A stretch of 64,000 nucleotides of DNA, taken from positions 1,302,001 to 1,366,000 of the forward strand of contig JBLDXI010000003.1 in assembly GCA_047495785.1 (NCBI GenBank), written 5' to 3'. Position numbers and translations under genes: made by a program. The stretch comes from Lepidodermella squamata. Taxonomy: Eukaryota > Animalia > Gastrotricha. Positions 1 to 12,002 of this stretch are shown in pieces (the stretch's first letter is position 1; each line of letters opens with the position of its first letter). The notes beneath the pieces are model-generated. The model saw only the letters and a list, made by a program, of their open reading frames with translations. It ran no database searches and had not been told where the DNA came from.

Positions 1-977
<977 letters not shown>

Positions 978-1980
978 CGATAGATTAAGAAGCCGAAAGA
1001 GCGGCAGGAGGATTGTTGCAGGGATGAATTGAAGGAACAGCTTTAAGAAACACTACTCCCAGCTTTGTTTTGTTTTCCGCCTAGAAATCTTTAAAAATTA
1101 TTTGAAAACCTCATTATGCGATATGCCTCTTGCAATAAAATAGCTTTATTTGAGAATTGACGATTTTTTGCTTGAAACTTCTGTACGGTTCAATTCATAA
1201 TTTTTATTCCTAAAAACTATTCCGAATTATCTCGATGATCGGCGGAATTTGCTTCACGAGAGGGATGAGAGACTTACCGCCAAGCCCCTATGACTAAGGA
1301 CTATAGGTTGGATAGCCTTCAGGACGGGCAATCTGAAAATAGCATACGACTACCATTTTGTTCGGGGTTCGGGCAGTGCTGAGCAGTCTGCAGAAGGCCT
1401 GCAGAAAATAGAGAATTTCCATCATTTCCCCGTTACTTCACCTGCTATTCAATGTCCCGAGATAGGATGTATGACTGTGAATAGTACACAGCCGTGATGG
1501 CCTTTTCTTGAGCTATCCAACGGTCTTCGCCTTACCACCTTCGACTTTTGATATGCCTAAATCATCCCAGTCACCAAATTATTTCTGGGTTCTGAGTAAA
1601 AGTGGCTGATTATGGAAAGCATTCGAATCGAATGGCATGGTCTTTTCGAAAGGATGAGAACGTAATTTATTTATTTAATTTTACTTGTAACCATCCCCGA
1701 GGCGATTATAGCAAAAAAAAAACAGAAAAAAGTAGATACTAGTAAAAGTGGTTTCGATGCAGAGGACCTTTGGCGATGCTGATTAACGGCAGAGGATCCG
1801 CGGTCCGTGTGTCGGATTTACCTTCTGTGAACAGGCTTTATGGTCAGCGAATGGGGGGCTCTGTAGCATTGGGTTGGGTATTAGCTTTTTTTTTTTTATG
1901 AAACAACAGACAGTTAAGACAATAAACTGGACAGGAAACTTGAATTTATTAAAATAAATGAAATCAATACATTATTAGCT

Positions 1981-3261
1981 CTAAAACAGGGTGATAAGTG
2001 ATAGCACAAGCAAATAGACTTTCACAACAATATTGGCTGATTCGCTTTTAACAGCTTGCGGCGAGAGGGTGGTTATGTAATTAGTCGGGAAAACCACGGT
2101 CGCAAAAGCCTTCGACGGCCGCAGTGCATAGACCATCCCTCTCGAACTTACAACCAGCACAAACCCATTCGCAAAGGCCAAATCGCCAACAAAGTCCTCA
2201 GAAGTCGAATAGATGGCTGAAACAGCGGCTGTGGTCTTATCGAACACAACGATAGCTCGGTAAGCCGGGACCATTACGTAATCATTAACAACAAGTGGCC
2301 GTCCAGTCAGGACCAAATTAGTCAAAATATTTGTACTTCTGAGGCGTTGGCCATTTGTTGAGTCATAGACGTACATCCTGTACGGACATTGCCGGTAAAT
2401 GTATTGAAGATCGGCTGCTATCGATAGATCAGGGCATGTTTCTTCTATGAAATCGGAAGAAGTCCATTTCACAGTTTTCCTCTCAATCTCTACGGCTTGC
2501 ATCTTTCCATTGTTGTTAGCCAGTACATTAGACCCCGAAATCACTGGACTATGAGTTGTCCGTTCGATTCCTGCTATCGTGGTATTCCATAGTAAACTTC
2601 CAGTATTAACCGAATCAAACTCCTGTATCCCTGCTACTTTGGACGCTGATATTAACCTAGATCCTTGATATAGCGATAGTGTTGAAGGGTAGTTATAGAC
2701 ATCCTGGTAATTGAAGTTTGCTATCGCCTCTCCAGTCGTCGAATTGTAGGCCTGTAACTTGTTGTTACAGTAATTCGCAGTGAAAACTCTGCCCAATTTC
2801 GTGCTGACCACCAAATCATTTGGACACCCTGTTTTCGTCCAGATAATGTACTCATTCGCTTCGTCCAATTTGACCGCGTAAATCATTCGCTTCGATGTCT
2901 CGCTGATGAATAAAATTCCTTGAACATCATCGATTGCCAATGCCCTGAATTCGGGTAGGGATATTAGTGGGTCGAGTATGAGTTTCCGCTGTGGATATCC
3001 TGAAGTTAAGTCAATGATATGAAGAATTCCAGGCGGAGTGACGTAGTAGAGTTTGTTTTTCAGGGTTAGCAAGTTAGCACCGAGATCTGTAGTCATGTAC
3101 TTTGTATCAAACATCCAAGCGATTTCGAGGGATCGAACCAGCCCCACTGTTACAGGCTTGAAAGATGTCCGCTCAAAGTCGCCCCCTTCAGCTGTCCAAT
3201 CACCTCGATCTGCAAGGATTACACCTGCTAAACAAGCTACAAGTAACAGTGGTAAATACAT
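1981..3261 (-). CDS. PQQ/BamB-like beta-propeller protein 1 (signal peptide, hydrophobic GPI-like C-terminus), intronless
   Basis: ATG at 3261 (MYLPLLLVACLAGVILA), N-terminal W-x2-GGD-x2-RT motif, repeated blade motifs (LHIIDLTSG, GSLLWN, VYDSTNG), hydrophobic tail VYLLVLSLITLF. Confidence 0.8.
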   Translation of the reverse strand: MYLPLLLVACLAGVILADRGDWTAEGGDFERTSFKPVTVGLVRSLEIAWMFDTKYMTTDLGANLLTLKNKLYYVTPPGILHIIDLTSGYPQRKLILDPLISLPEFRALAIDDVQGILFISETSKRMIYAVKLDEANEYIIWTKTGCPNDLVVSTKLGRVFTANYCNNKLQAYNSTTGEAIANFNYQDVYNYPSTLSLYQGSRLISASKVAGIQEFDSVNTGSLLWNTTIAGIERTTHSPVISGSNVLANNNGKMQAVEIERKTVKWTSSDFIEETCPDLSIAADLQYIYRQCPYRMYVYDSTNGQRLRSTNILTNLVLTGRPLVVNDYVMVPAYRAIVVFDKTTAAVSAIYSTSEDFVGDLAFANGFVLVVSSRGMVYALRPSKAFATVVFPTNYITTLSPQAVKSESANIVVKVYLLVLSLITLF

Positions 3262-3733
3262 TCTGCCGGGTCGCAATTACGGGAAATGAGAAAGTTGCAC
3301 TCGAAATCTGCGTCGGTCTCATTGGGCCATTAATCACACACATAGGTGTGATTTTCACTCCGCACCTTATCGCCGATGAGTAAGATCTTTCTAGCAAGGC
3401 CAGCCAGTTTATGTAATGAATAAATTACCATGACCTCGTCAATCTTTGAAATTCCGCTTCTCTTATATGTGATGTTTGGTCATGGTTTTGCGATGTGAGA
3501 AGCACATTTTGAGACAATACGTATTACTGCAAAAAACAGCGGAACATACACCACATGATTCATTCGTTATATAAGGTATGATTAAAAAATGAGGGTTCCG
3601 TACTTCTATAAAATGCTAAATGCTAATCTATCGATTTAACTTGATGAAAACCTAGAATGGTCTTTTAAAAAGGATGTTTTCTGCTCATTATTAGTGCCCG
3701 CTTTATTTGCAGTTGGGATAAGGAATAAGCGCA

Positions 3734-5755
3734 TCAAAATGCAAAGCAAAGCAGTACACAGATGAGTCCCAGAAAAACACTGGAGTCCGGTTTAAATCCA
3801 CTGCTGATTGTAGTTGTACGACGAGTGGGTCTGGAGGACGTTGACATTTTCGTAGTTGTCGTTTTTGGCGCAGTTGTAGTCTCATCGGCTTTCGTAGTGG
3901 CCACTTCAGTTGTTGTCTCGACTTCAGGCGTTGTTGTCATGGATTCAGTGGTCGTGGGTTGAACTTCATGTGTCGTAGTTGCTGTGGCTGGGGTAGTAGT
4001 GGTTGGTGGTTCTGGAGATCCGGTTGTCGTTGCCTGAGGCGTCGTAGTAGCCTCGGGGGTAGTCGTTGGCACTTCCTCAGTCGTGATTGGAACAGTCGTT
4101 GGCCGTTCAGTTGTAATGGGCTGCGTCGTAGGAGCTTCCGTGGTTGTCGGAGCCTCAGTTGTAGCTGCTGGTGTCGTTGTGGGGATTTCTTGCGTTGTTG
4201 TTGGGGCCACTGTCGTGGTGAGGGGAGCTGTTGTAGGCTCCGGAGTCGTTGTTGCCGCCGCTGTCGTAGCTTCTGGTGTCGTAGTGATTTGCTGAGTAGT
4301 TGTTGGAGCCTCTGTGGTCGTGGGAGTTGCAGTGGGCTCCGGAGTCGTTGTTGCAGCCGGAGTCGTAGCTTGCTGAGTAGTTGTTGGTTCTTGTGTGGTG
4401 GTTGGAGCTACAGTAGGTTCCGGAGTGGTAGTTGGAGCCTCAGTTGTAGCTGCTGCAGTCGTTGTAGGCAATTCGGTTGTGATTGCTGCCGTCGTTGTAG
4501 GCATTTCAGTTGTTGTTGGCTGCATAGTCGTAGTAGGTGCTTCTGTTGTAACCACCTGAGTCGTTGTCTCCACAGTCGTAGTCGGGGGTTGAGTAGTAGA
4601 CTCAACAAATTTGATACTAAAGCCGTAAGTCGCATCCAAACCAGTCGTAAAGACCGTGTTGTCCGCATAGGCCCAACCATGGGAATAAATAGTCCTGACA
4701 TGATTACTAGCCAGAACTTGCCCGGTAACCTTATCGAAAACCGTGATCCCGTTCTGCATGGGTTGAATCAGCACATCGTCTAGAATGATTGGACTATCGC
4801 AAGCTTTATCGTCCTCTGTGATCGTATAGGTCTTAACAATAGCCCCAGTTGCTACTTCAAACTGAGAAATGTTAGTCTCGTAAGCTCGGTAAACAAACTG
4901 GCCATCAGTTGCCGCGTAAAATAGCGTAGTAACTGGGCTTCCAGTCGTCGACCACTTAACCTCATGAGTTTCGAGATCAATCGCAGATAATTCATCATTA
5001 TCAGACACAAACGCTACATTTTCTGAGATGATCGGTCCGGTTGTTGTGCGAAACATTCTAGGTAGTGTCAAGTTCCAGAGAATTTGCCCATCGGTCACGT
5101 TGTATTCGATCAAGTCATTGGTCGCTCCGATGCCGAAAAGCCTTGTATCATCCTTCAGACTGAAGAACCGACCAAGCAATGTACTATTTTCCTCTTTCAC
5201 CCCAAAATCAGGCATTGCTTCTCCAGTCACGAGATCCCGAGCTTCGAGGGTCAAATTGCAGGTCTCTACATTGAAAAGGCGGTTTAGTTTGGCTGCGACG
5301 ATAAATTCCCCAAAGCAGCCAGTGAAGTTCCATAGCAATTTAGGCTCGTCGCCTTTCAAATCAATTGCAGCAAGCTTTTGACTTGTTTTGTAAGATGTGT
5401 ACAGAACTCCACTCTCAGGCTCAATCATACTGAGTTGAGGAACCTCGCCCTCAGGAATGGTTGAGTCGAAAGTTAACACGTTCTTAACTGTACCATTTGT
5501 CGGGTCGAGAAAAGTCACATTTCCAGCAACGATACTTATCAGCTCGTTGTTGAAGACCAAATTTTGAGTAGATAAAATGTCTCGAATACTTGATCGGACT
5601 CGAAATGCCTGTTCGACGGTGTTAATAGGGCCAGCATTCAGCGGTTTATAGCTGGTCCGCTGTAGATCTCCAGCTCGAGTAGTCCAGTCATCCGCAGTAG
5701 CACTTATAATGAGGCTTGAAAGAAAAAAAGCTATCTTCTTGAATATTCCCATCAT
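3734..5755 (-). CDS. PQQ/BamB-like beta-propeller protein 2 with Thr-rich mucin stalk and GPI-like tail, intronless
   Basis: Signal peptide, WTTRAGDLQRTSY, blades (DLVTGE, DGQILW, DLETHEVKW, DKVTGQ), about 270 aa of TTTEAP/TTTPE repeats, terminal VFLGLICVLLCFAF. Confidence 0.85.
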   Translation of the reverse strand: MMGIFKKIAFFLSSLIISATADDWTTRAGDLQRTSYKPLNAGPINTVEQAFRVRSSIRDILSTQNLVFNNELISIVAGNVTFLDPTNGTVKNVLTFDSTIPEGEVPQLSMIEPESGVLYTSYKTSQKLAAIDLKGDEPKLLWNFTGCFGEFIVAAKLNRLFNVETCNLTLEARDLVTGEAMPDFGVKEENSTLLGRFFSLKDDTRLFGIGATNDLIEYNVTDGQILWNLTLPRMFRTTTGPIISENVAFVSDNDELSAIDLETHEVKWSTTGSPVTTLFYAATDGQFVYRAYETNISQFEVATGAIVKTYTITEDDKACDSPIILDDVLIQPMQNGITVFDKVTGQVLASNHVRTIYSHGWAYADNTVFTTGLDATYGFSIKFVESTTQPPTTTVETTTQVVTTEAPTTTMQPTTTEMPTTTAAITTELPTTTAAATTEAPTTTPEPTVAPTTTQEPTTTQQATTPAATTTPEPTATPTTTEAPTTTQQITTTPEATTAAATTTPEPTTAPLTTTVAPTTTQEIPTTTPAATTEAPTTTEAPTTQPITTERPTTVPITTEEVPTTTPEATTTPQATTTGSPEPPTTTTPATATTTHEVQPTTTESMTTTPEVETTTEVATTKADETTTAPKTTTTKMSTSSRPTRRTTTISSGFKPDSSVFLGLICVLLCFAF
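3810..4600 (-). repeat. Coding low-complexity repeat (Thr/Pro/Glu mucin-like stalk)
   Basis: Degenerate TTTEAP/TTTPE units; the plus strand is rich in GTT/GTC/GTA triplets. Confidence 0.85.
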
Positions 5756-6335
5756 TTCTTTTGTTTCAAAGTAGCTCTATTGCGAAATGCACCGGCAATG
5801 CGTCCATTACTTGAATATCAAAATTGTTATCTTTTAGGATCCGGCACTGATATGCCTACTATTTCTGATGCGTATCAAAGAGTTGAGATTTCATTTTTCA
5901 TGAATCACTGACAGATAAATAGGACCTGATATCTTTATTTATTCTTCGAATAAAATAAAGTTGATTAGCCTTGGATTTATAGAAGTCAAGGAATGTGTCT
6001 TAATGTATGCTCAAGGGTCTTTATCGACTCTTTGCTGGAACCGCGATGAAATAGTCGAAAATAGCATCACTACTCGCGAAAATGTTAATATTTTGTACCG
6101 GGAATACCTTCCGGAGGTTTTAAATTGAAGCGAGAATGAAGTACGGCTGAGTTCCTTATAAGATGCAATACTTAACTCAAGCATTCAAGTATTAAGTTGC
6201 GCATTGTAGTGAAATTTTGAAGCCTTGATATGTTAAACACTAAACTGCTCACGTATTACACTATTTCAACGAAGACAGCTTTGTCCAAAGACTACATACG
6301 CAATTTTTGCCATAGTCTGACCTGACCAAAAATCC

Positions 6336-8474
6336 ATGTTTGTGAATGCAAATCATTTTCTGTTTTCTGTGGGCCGTGTCATTCAGCTGATATCTGCCGT
6401 ATCTGGCTGTAGCTCAAGTGGTCAACCTGCAGCAAAAGATTCTTCCCCAGTTACTTATCGAATGGTGATATTTCCAATATGCTAATGGATTGCTTGAAAT
6501 TTTCTAATTTCCTCAAGTATGTTCAATGCTTTTCCAATGGAACTGGGTCATGCAAAGCCGATTCTTGCTCAAGCGGTGAAACAACTGTAAATACTTTTGC
6601 TCGACCAGAAGCACATCGTAATTTTTGTTTTAGATATCAGATAAATTCTCAGATTTGGTTGTCTGTCAGAAATTTGCGCAAGTTAAATATACACCAAATG
6701 AAAATCGCCATATCTAACATCCCTATTGTTAAGCGTCACGTGATTTGCGGCTACGGAAATGACGACATCACATGCGTACCTGCTGTACCAGGGTGCTCAG
6801 GATCACTTCGGTTGGCCAAGGAAGTGAGAAAACTTCCTTAAATCAATTCAAACCTTCTCAATTATCGACGCCCCACGCCCCCTTAATTGTCTTCCAGGCA
6901 ATCTCACTCTCAATCTCCCATAAAGATTTTTCATCAATACTTAATTGAGCCTAATTAAGCCCCTAACAGACTAAGCGGCAGACCGTAATAACAGCAAATA
7001 CCCAAAACAACAAACACGACAAAACAGCAAATTTTTCAACTGCGTCATAACAGCAAAAACACGATGCATCCTTTACATAGTTAGAATTTACTGTGTTTAT
7101 CGCGAAATAAAAAAGTTCCTTTTTTGTCGCATTCGCTGTTCTGCGCAATTGCTGTTTTGTCGCCGTCCGGGCTGAGCTAAATGTCTCTACCTCATTTAAA
7201 AAGCCTTGAAAACCCCACCTATCTATCACTATCACCTATCACCTATCTGCTTACTTATCTATAGTTTACGGCGAGCATCTTCGACTCAGTCGATCAGTGC
7301 GTGGCTACGATGACTAAATCGGTAAATGCCTGATAACCTCCACGACCTCGCACTTCCAACTCTTGTTCCGTGGTTCCAGCGATATGTTATCTGCGAGAAC
7401 ACCTACTCGACTCTAATTTGCGTAGCATCTCAGCCAGGATGTACCGGCGATTGGAGAGTCAGTTCGAAGGTGAGAGTAAAGTAGGAGGCAATCATTCTGT
7501 CAACCAATGCTGCGTTCATTCATCAAGTTCGACAATCAAATATTCCACTCTGTTGATCAATGCGCTTTGGCAATATCTGCTAGCCCAAAGGTTCGCTCTT
7601 GAAAAATGGATTGTACCCTCTATTGTCTTCCAGTATCAATTGCAGGCCTGCAAAACATGCAAAAATGGCGCACAATGTGCGCGGGAAATTTGGCCGAATT
7701 TAGCTGAATTTGGGGAAATTTTCGAAAAATTACAGTAAATTGCAGGAAAAAATTTGCTGAAATGGGTCAAAACTAACGGGAAATTTTGAGAAAGTGCGCG
7801 GGAAATTTCGCAGGTTTTGCAGCCCTGATCAATTGTGCTCAATGACGACACAGGGGTCTGGTCCTGGGTTATCTCAAACCATCAAATTTTGCCACAATGT
7901 TGCCGGAACTGGCAATAGTATGTGTAACGCTTATCTGACAGTAACACCTTCTGCTGTGGTGAGTCATTCACGCATTCAATCGAAATATATATCAATTTAT
8001 GCCGCTAGGCTTCAAGCGACTGGCCCAACGCATTCAGCACGTTCGCTCGATGCTGCGCTTCCACGCAGACACCTGCCAACGTTGCCTGGATCAAATACGA
8101 AGTCATCCCACAGACCAGCAATGCTGCTGGGATTCTGACCTGCATTGGAGCAACTGACGCGGCTCCTTACAAAGTAACAGCTCTTGCAGCAAATGGTGGG
8201 ATGCTTGCCTATTGCGTTCGATTCCCTCACACTGCTACCGATTCTTATAGTGTCGTTGTAACTTCATTGGTGAGTACGGGCTTTATCGTCGATCAAGATG
8301 CAGGGTGTCATAATTGATTATGATATGTTTCAGAGGGGAGTTGACAACTATTCTTACGCTTCGTTCGGAGCTTGCTGTTCCGGACTTGGCAAGGCGGAAA
8401 CAAACATGGGTGCTTCCACAGCTAGCATATATGGCGTGAAAAATATGGAAATATGTACTGGCAGTAACATCTAA
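6336..8474 (+). pseudogene. Multi-exon Cys-rich, possibly secreted, repeat protein of unknown family; probably disrupted by a MITE in a coding exon
   Basis: Many small GT-AG-bounded exons give internally repeated modules: RHVICGYGNDDITCVPAVPGCSG / RYVICENTYSTLICVASQPGCTG; FTASIFDSVDQC / FDNQIFHSVDQC; FSTFARCC / YASFGACC. Final exon ends ICTGSNI-TAA at 8474. The exon starting at 7634 is interrupted by the 7643-7827 element. Confidence 0.55.
7643..7827. mobile_element. hAT-type MITE (family A, copy 1)
   Basis: TIRs CAGGCCTGCAAAAC...GTTTTGCAGCCCTG with perfect 8-bp TSD ATCAATTG (7635-7642, 7828-7835); homologous to 15716-15881. Confidence 0.9.
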
Positions 8475-8559
8475 TAGAAATATTAATGAATTAGTGATTA
8501 AACATAATTAATTGACTGGATTATATACTGTATACTAGTCGGGCTTACCGTCCGCATGC

Positions 8560-8900
8560 GGCCGTCTGAGCAGGTCATCATGGTCGGAAGGCTCTTATAG
8601 AAAGTTGCTGGAATGCGGCCGGATGCCTTGTTTCGCGTGAGCGAGATGCGAAAATGGAAGTACTTGGGCAGTTTAGATCGCTTGGGACCATAAACCTCTC
8701 AAGCCATAAACTAGCTGGCGGGCTAATTTTAGGATGGATTGTGTACATTTTTCCCCGCGTAGATGATGTGACAATCAAAATTCCGGTTGTTGGCTCGATT
8801 ACAGTCGACTGAGTCCAACAAGGGCTATCGCAGTCTGTTTCACAGTCGATATGATTCATCAGCATCCCGTTGCTTGGGTCGATTGTGCAACCTCGGCCGT
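8560..8900 (-). pseudogene. Relic fragment of the beta-propeller family
   Basis: VIEPTTGILIVTSSTRGKMYTI aligns with paralogs (MIEPESGVLYTSYKTSQKLAAI, VIDPDTGVLYTAFDNDILYAI). No signal peptide; frame lost downstream. Confidence 0.55.
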
Positions 8901-9027
8901 TAGGTATAAGAGAACGCAGGAGGTTTTTGCAGTTTCGAAATGCATATAAAACGTCATGCGATGTATTCAAAATATTAGGTTTTATTGTTAAACAACTATG
9001 TAATTATAAATGCAACTTATGTAAAGT

Positions 9028-9384
9028 TCAACCGAAGTAATACAAAAGCAAACACATGGCAAGCATAGCAGACCCCACCACAAAGCCCAGGACAATGAAC
9101 GTTGTTTTAATGTTGACTCTCAACTCGTTCCTGTCCAGTTCATAAATTGGCAGACTTCCATAGCCCCGCGTATTCCTCGATTCGATGAAAACGACTTGAG
9201 GAGGTTCGTCCAAGACTCTTTGCTGGCTGATTGAATGCTGAATCCGAAGAGGCTGAGCGTTCAGTTGGTTCGGCGAATCGACGATGGGAGCGCGAGGTAT
9301 GCCTTCTGCCAAGACTTTGGTGTAAGATGGAGGAGGTTCTTGCCAGCTGCCATTCAAGGGACCAAATCGCTCTGCTTCTTCCAT
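9028..9384 (-). CDS. Small tail-anchored membrane protein with PPxY motif
   Basis: 118-aa ATG ORF, PPPSY motif, single C-terminal hydrophobic helix (TFIVLGFVVGSAMLAMCLLLYYF). Confidence 0.55.
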   Translation of the reverse strand: MEEAERFGPLNGSWQEPPPSYTKVLAEGIPRAPIVDSPNQLNAQPLRIQHSISQQRVLDEPPQVVFIESRNTRGYGSLPIYELDRNELRVNIKTTFIVLGFVVGSAMLAMCLLLYYFG

Positions 9385-9506
9385 TTTTTTGCTCGACTTT
9401 ATGGATAATAAGTATTAAAGGTGTTTCTTTCAGCAAGAATTATGCGATAAGGCCTCTTATCTGTAATACTAAACAGTTGAACCGGGTGAGATTTGCCAGC
9501 ATGAGA

Positions 9507-9926
9507 TCAAGCCAGAAAAATCATCATCGCAATGAATCCGCCTAAAATCAGAAGGAACAGCGTAAGGGCCACTAGTTTGACGCGGAGTGGCAGGCGACGA
9601 GGGTCATTAGGCCCACTTGCATTAATCGTGGTCACGTGACGGTGTTCCAGCATGTGCTGCTCTTTCAAACTCGCCCTGGCGTTGTCCCAATGCCAGGAGG
9701 CTTTGTTCGAGAGTGGAGCATGCCCCGAGCTGGGCGATGCCGCTTCCATGATCTCGACAATAGGATCTGTCGATTGAATCCTGTCCAACTTCTCGTGGAA
9801 GTACCGAATTCGAGGATCCCGAAAACCAGACCTTACACTGTCCTCCTCAGCATCATCGGGATCATCGGGTATTTGAGAGCCACTCAGCTCAGAAGCAGGA
9901 TAGGTTATTGAATCTGCTCTATCCAT
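9507..9926 (-). CDS. Small tail-anchored membrane protein (start uncertain)
   Basis: Hydrophilic N-terminus and C-terminal TM helix (LVALTLFLLILGGFIAMMIFLA); same architecture and orientation as the neighbouring ORF. Confidence 0.5.
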   Translation of the reverse strand: MDRADSITYPASELSGSQIPDDPDDAEEDSVRSGFRDPRIRYFHEKLDRIQSTDPIVEIMEAASPSSGHAPLSNKASWHWDNARASLKEQHMLEHRHVTTINASGPNDPRRLPLRVKLVALTLFLLILGGFIAMMIFLA

Positions 9927-10431
9927 GTGTTGTTGTTGTTTCAGCCCAGAATGTCGAGACAAAGTCGAAATAAATGCCGTGTTTTATGGCGACTGCATGG
10001 CCTGATGTACTAATTGAGAGCAGCGGCGGCGACTGATAACAAATTTTCACAGAATTGCACTTGAAGCTTCCGCTGTCGTAAATTGGGTGCATTTTGATAT
10101 CTCACATGCAAAGCATTCTGTCTGGTGTTGATGAGAGCTGTTGAGTCTTCACAAATACGGGGGAGGAACAGGAGAGGAACAAAATACTAAATAGAGATTG
10201 CTCTAGCTTCCACTCTTCCAATATGAATCAGCTGTATTTCATTTCGCTTATTTCCTCAGTCGTTCAGTTAGTTTCGTTTTCGATGAATTTTTCTTCTCAA
10301 TTCTGAACCACTGAAGGTGGTAAAGAAAGAAGCTTACAGGTTAGGAATTCCTTGATTAAGTTTAAGCCTCCAATTACCCGTGCGCAATGTTAGCTTTATT
10401 AACTATTTCCCAAACAATTATAAGTATGCAG

Positions 10432-12002
10432 TTATCTAGGAATTGCTTTGACCTTAAAATCAGGCGCAGTATGGACACTTCCCCAATTTCCTTCCTCCAA
10501 TGCAACCTCAGGAGTCGTCAGCACGAACTCGAACCGATGCAGCAAAGCAGTGATAACTAGAAAGTACTCGACACGTGCCAGATTCTCGCCGAGACAAATC
10601 CTTGGCCCCAAGCCAAATGGAAGAAAATGACTCGAATGAGACAGCAACTTGCCATCATCGCCAATCCATCTCTCGGGCAAGAAGTCTAAGGGTCTCTCCC
10701 AATACTCAGGATCACGATGAACTGCGATAACGTTGTACATCACCGACGTGTAGGGCGGGCAGTCGTAGCCGGCAATTTTCGCATACTTCTCAAGATTGCT
10801 ATGAAAAACCCCAAGCGGCACAACGGCAAACAACCGCAGAACCTCATGGAATACCGCATCGATGTACACCAAGGCGGGTCGGTCTGACAGACTTGGCAAG
10901 CGATCTGATTCGATGACCTTATCAATTTCTTCACGGCACTTTGTTTGAACCTCCGGATACTTGCTTAGGTAGAGCATGGTCCAAGTTAGAGCTGTTGAGG
11001 TGGTGTCAGTTCCAGCTAGAAACAAGTCTTCCATAGACCGTGAAAGGTCGTCCAAACTTAGACTTCCCTCAACGTCCTTTTCAGCAGCAATGAAATGGTC
11101 AGGGAAGTCGCGGATCATTTTCGGGTCGAAATCCTTCCTGTGTTCAGCAATCGACTGCTCGAGGATTCCTTTTATAGTGTCATGCAACTCAATATAGGCC
11201 TTGGGCTATTGATAGTAATGCATTTAGTTGAAGAGTGACCTAAGAGGGAATAGGAAATCAATCTTACCTGTTCCGGTGTGATGAGTTTTGAAAGAACTGG
11301 TATCATGAACACTAACGAACTCGCAGCGGTTGTCTTGTTGAAAATGCGATCAATTTGAGACAGAAGATGGATCAACTGCGGGTCATTCATATCCTCGTAC
11401 CTTTTGCCGAAAACCAGTGAACAGATAACATTAGCTACCGTACTGCTCAAGAAATTTCTGGGTTTGAATTCCAAGTCTTTTTTTGAATGGTCGGCGATTG
11501 TCGCAAGTAAATGTTCGACTTCGTCCTGAATTCGAACAACCATCTGTTGGCGACCCATTCCGAAGTCGCGAAGTGCATGCAGAGTGAATCGGCGATTTCT
11601 TTGCCATGTTTCATAGCTCGAGCCCAGCAAGCCTTCGCCAACATCTTCGAATCCGGGTAGGAAGCGTTCAAGTCGGCCGATGAAATTCTTCCCGTTATCC
11701 CCGCTCAGAGTTTCACGAATCAGCCGAGAGTCGTTCATTCCAATCATACGAACGCATCCCATGTAAAATGTGAATACAGGTCCGTAGTTCTGGCCAGTTT
11801 TCAGTAAGGCGATCGGCGCATCGTCGCCTTTGAATTTCGCAAAGTACCACAGACTGCCTAGGAAAGGGATAGGCGTTGGCCCTGGGGGCAGGCGGTACAG
11901 CAGCCAGTCTCGGATGTAGCGAAAAGAGCCGTATAAAAGCACAATGGATGGTATCACGTACTTCCAGGTTGCCAGTAACGTCGACAAATCCAGGAGCTCC
12001 AT
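10432..12002 (-). CDS. Cytochrome P450, clan 2-like; exons 12002-11268 and 11205-10432 (502 aa)
   Basis: PPGP hinge, WxxxR (WQRNRRF), I-helix AGTDTT, ExxR (EVLR), PERW, heme motif FGLGPRICLGE; 62-nt GT-AG intron joins the frames. Confidence 0.95.

Noticed and set aside
3762-4783. Cys/Arg-rich and Val-rich plus-strand ORFs
   Set aside because: Antisense shadows of the Thr-rich repeat of the 3734-5755 gene.
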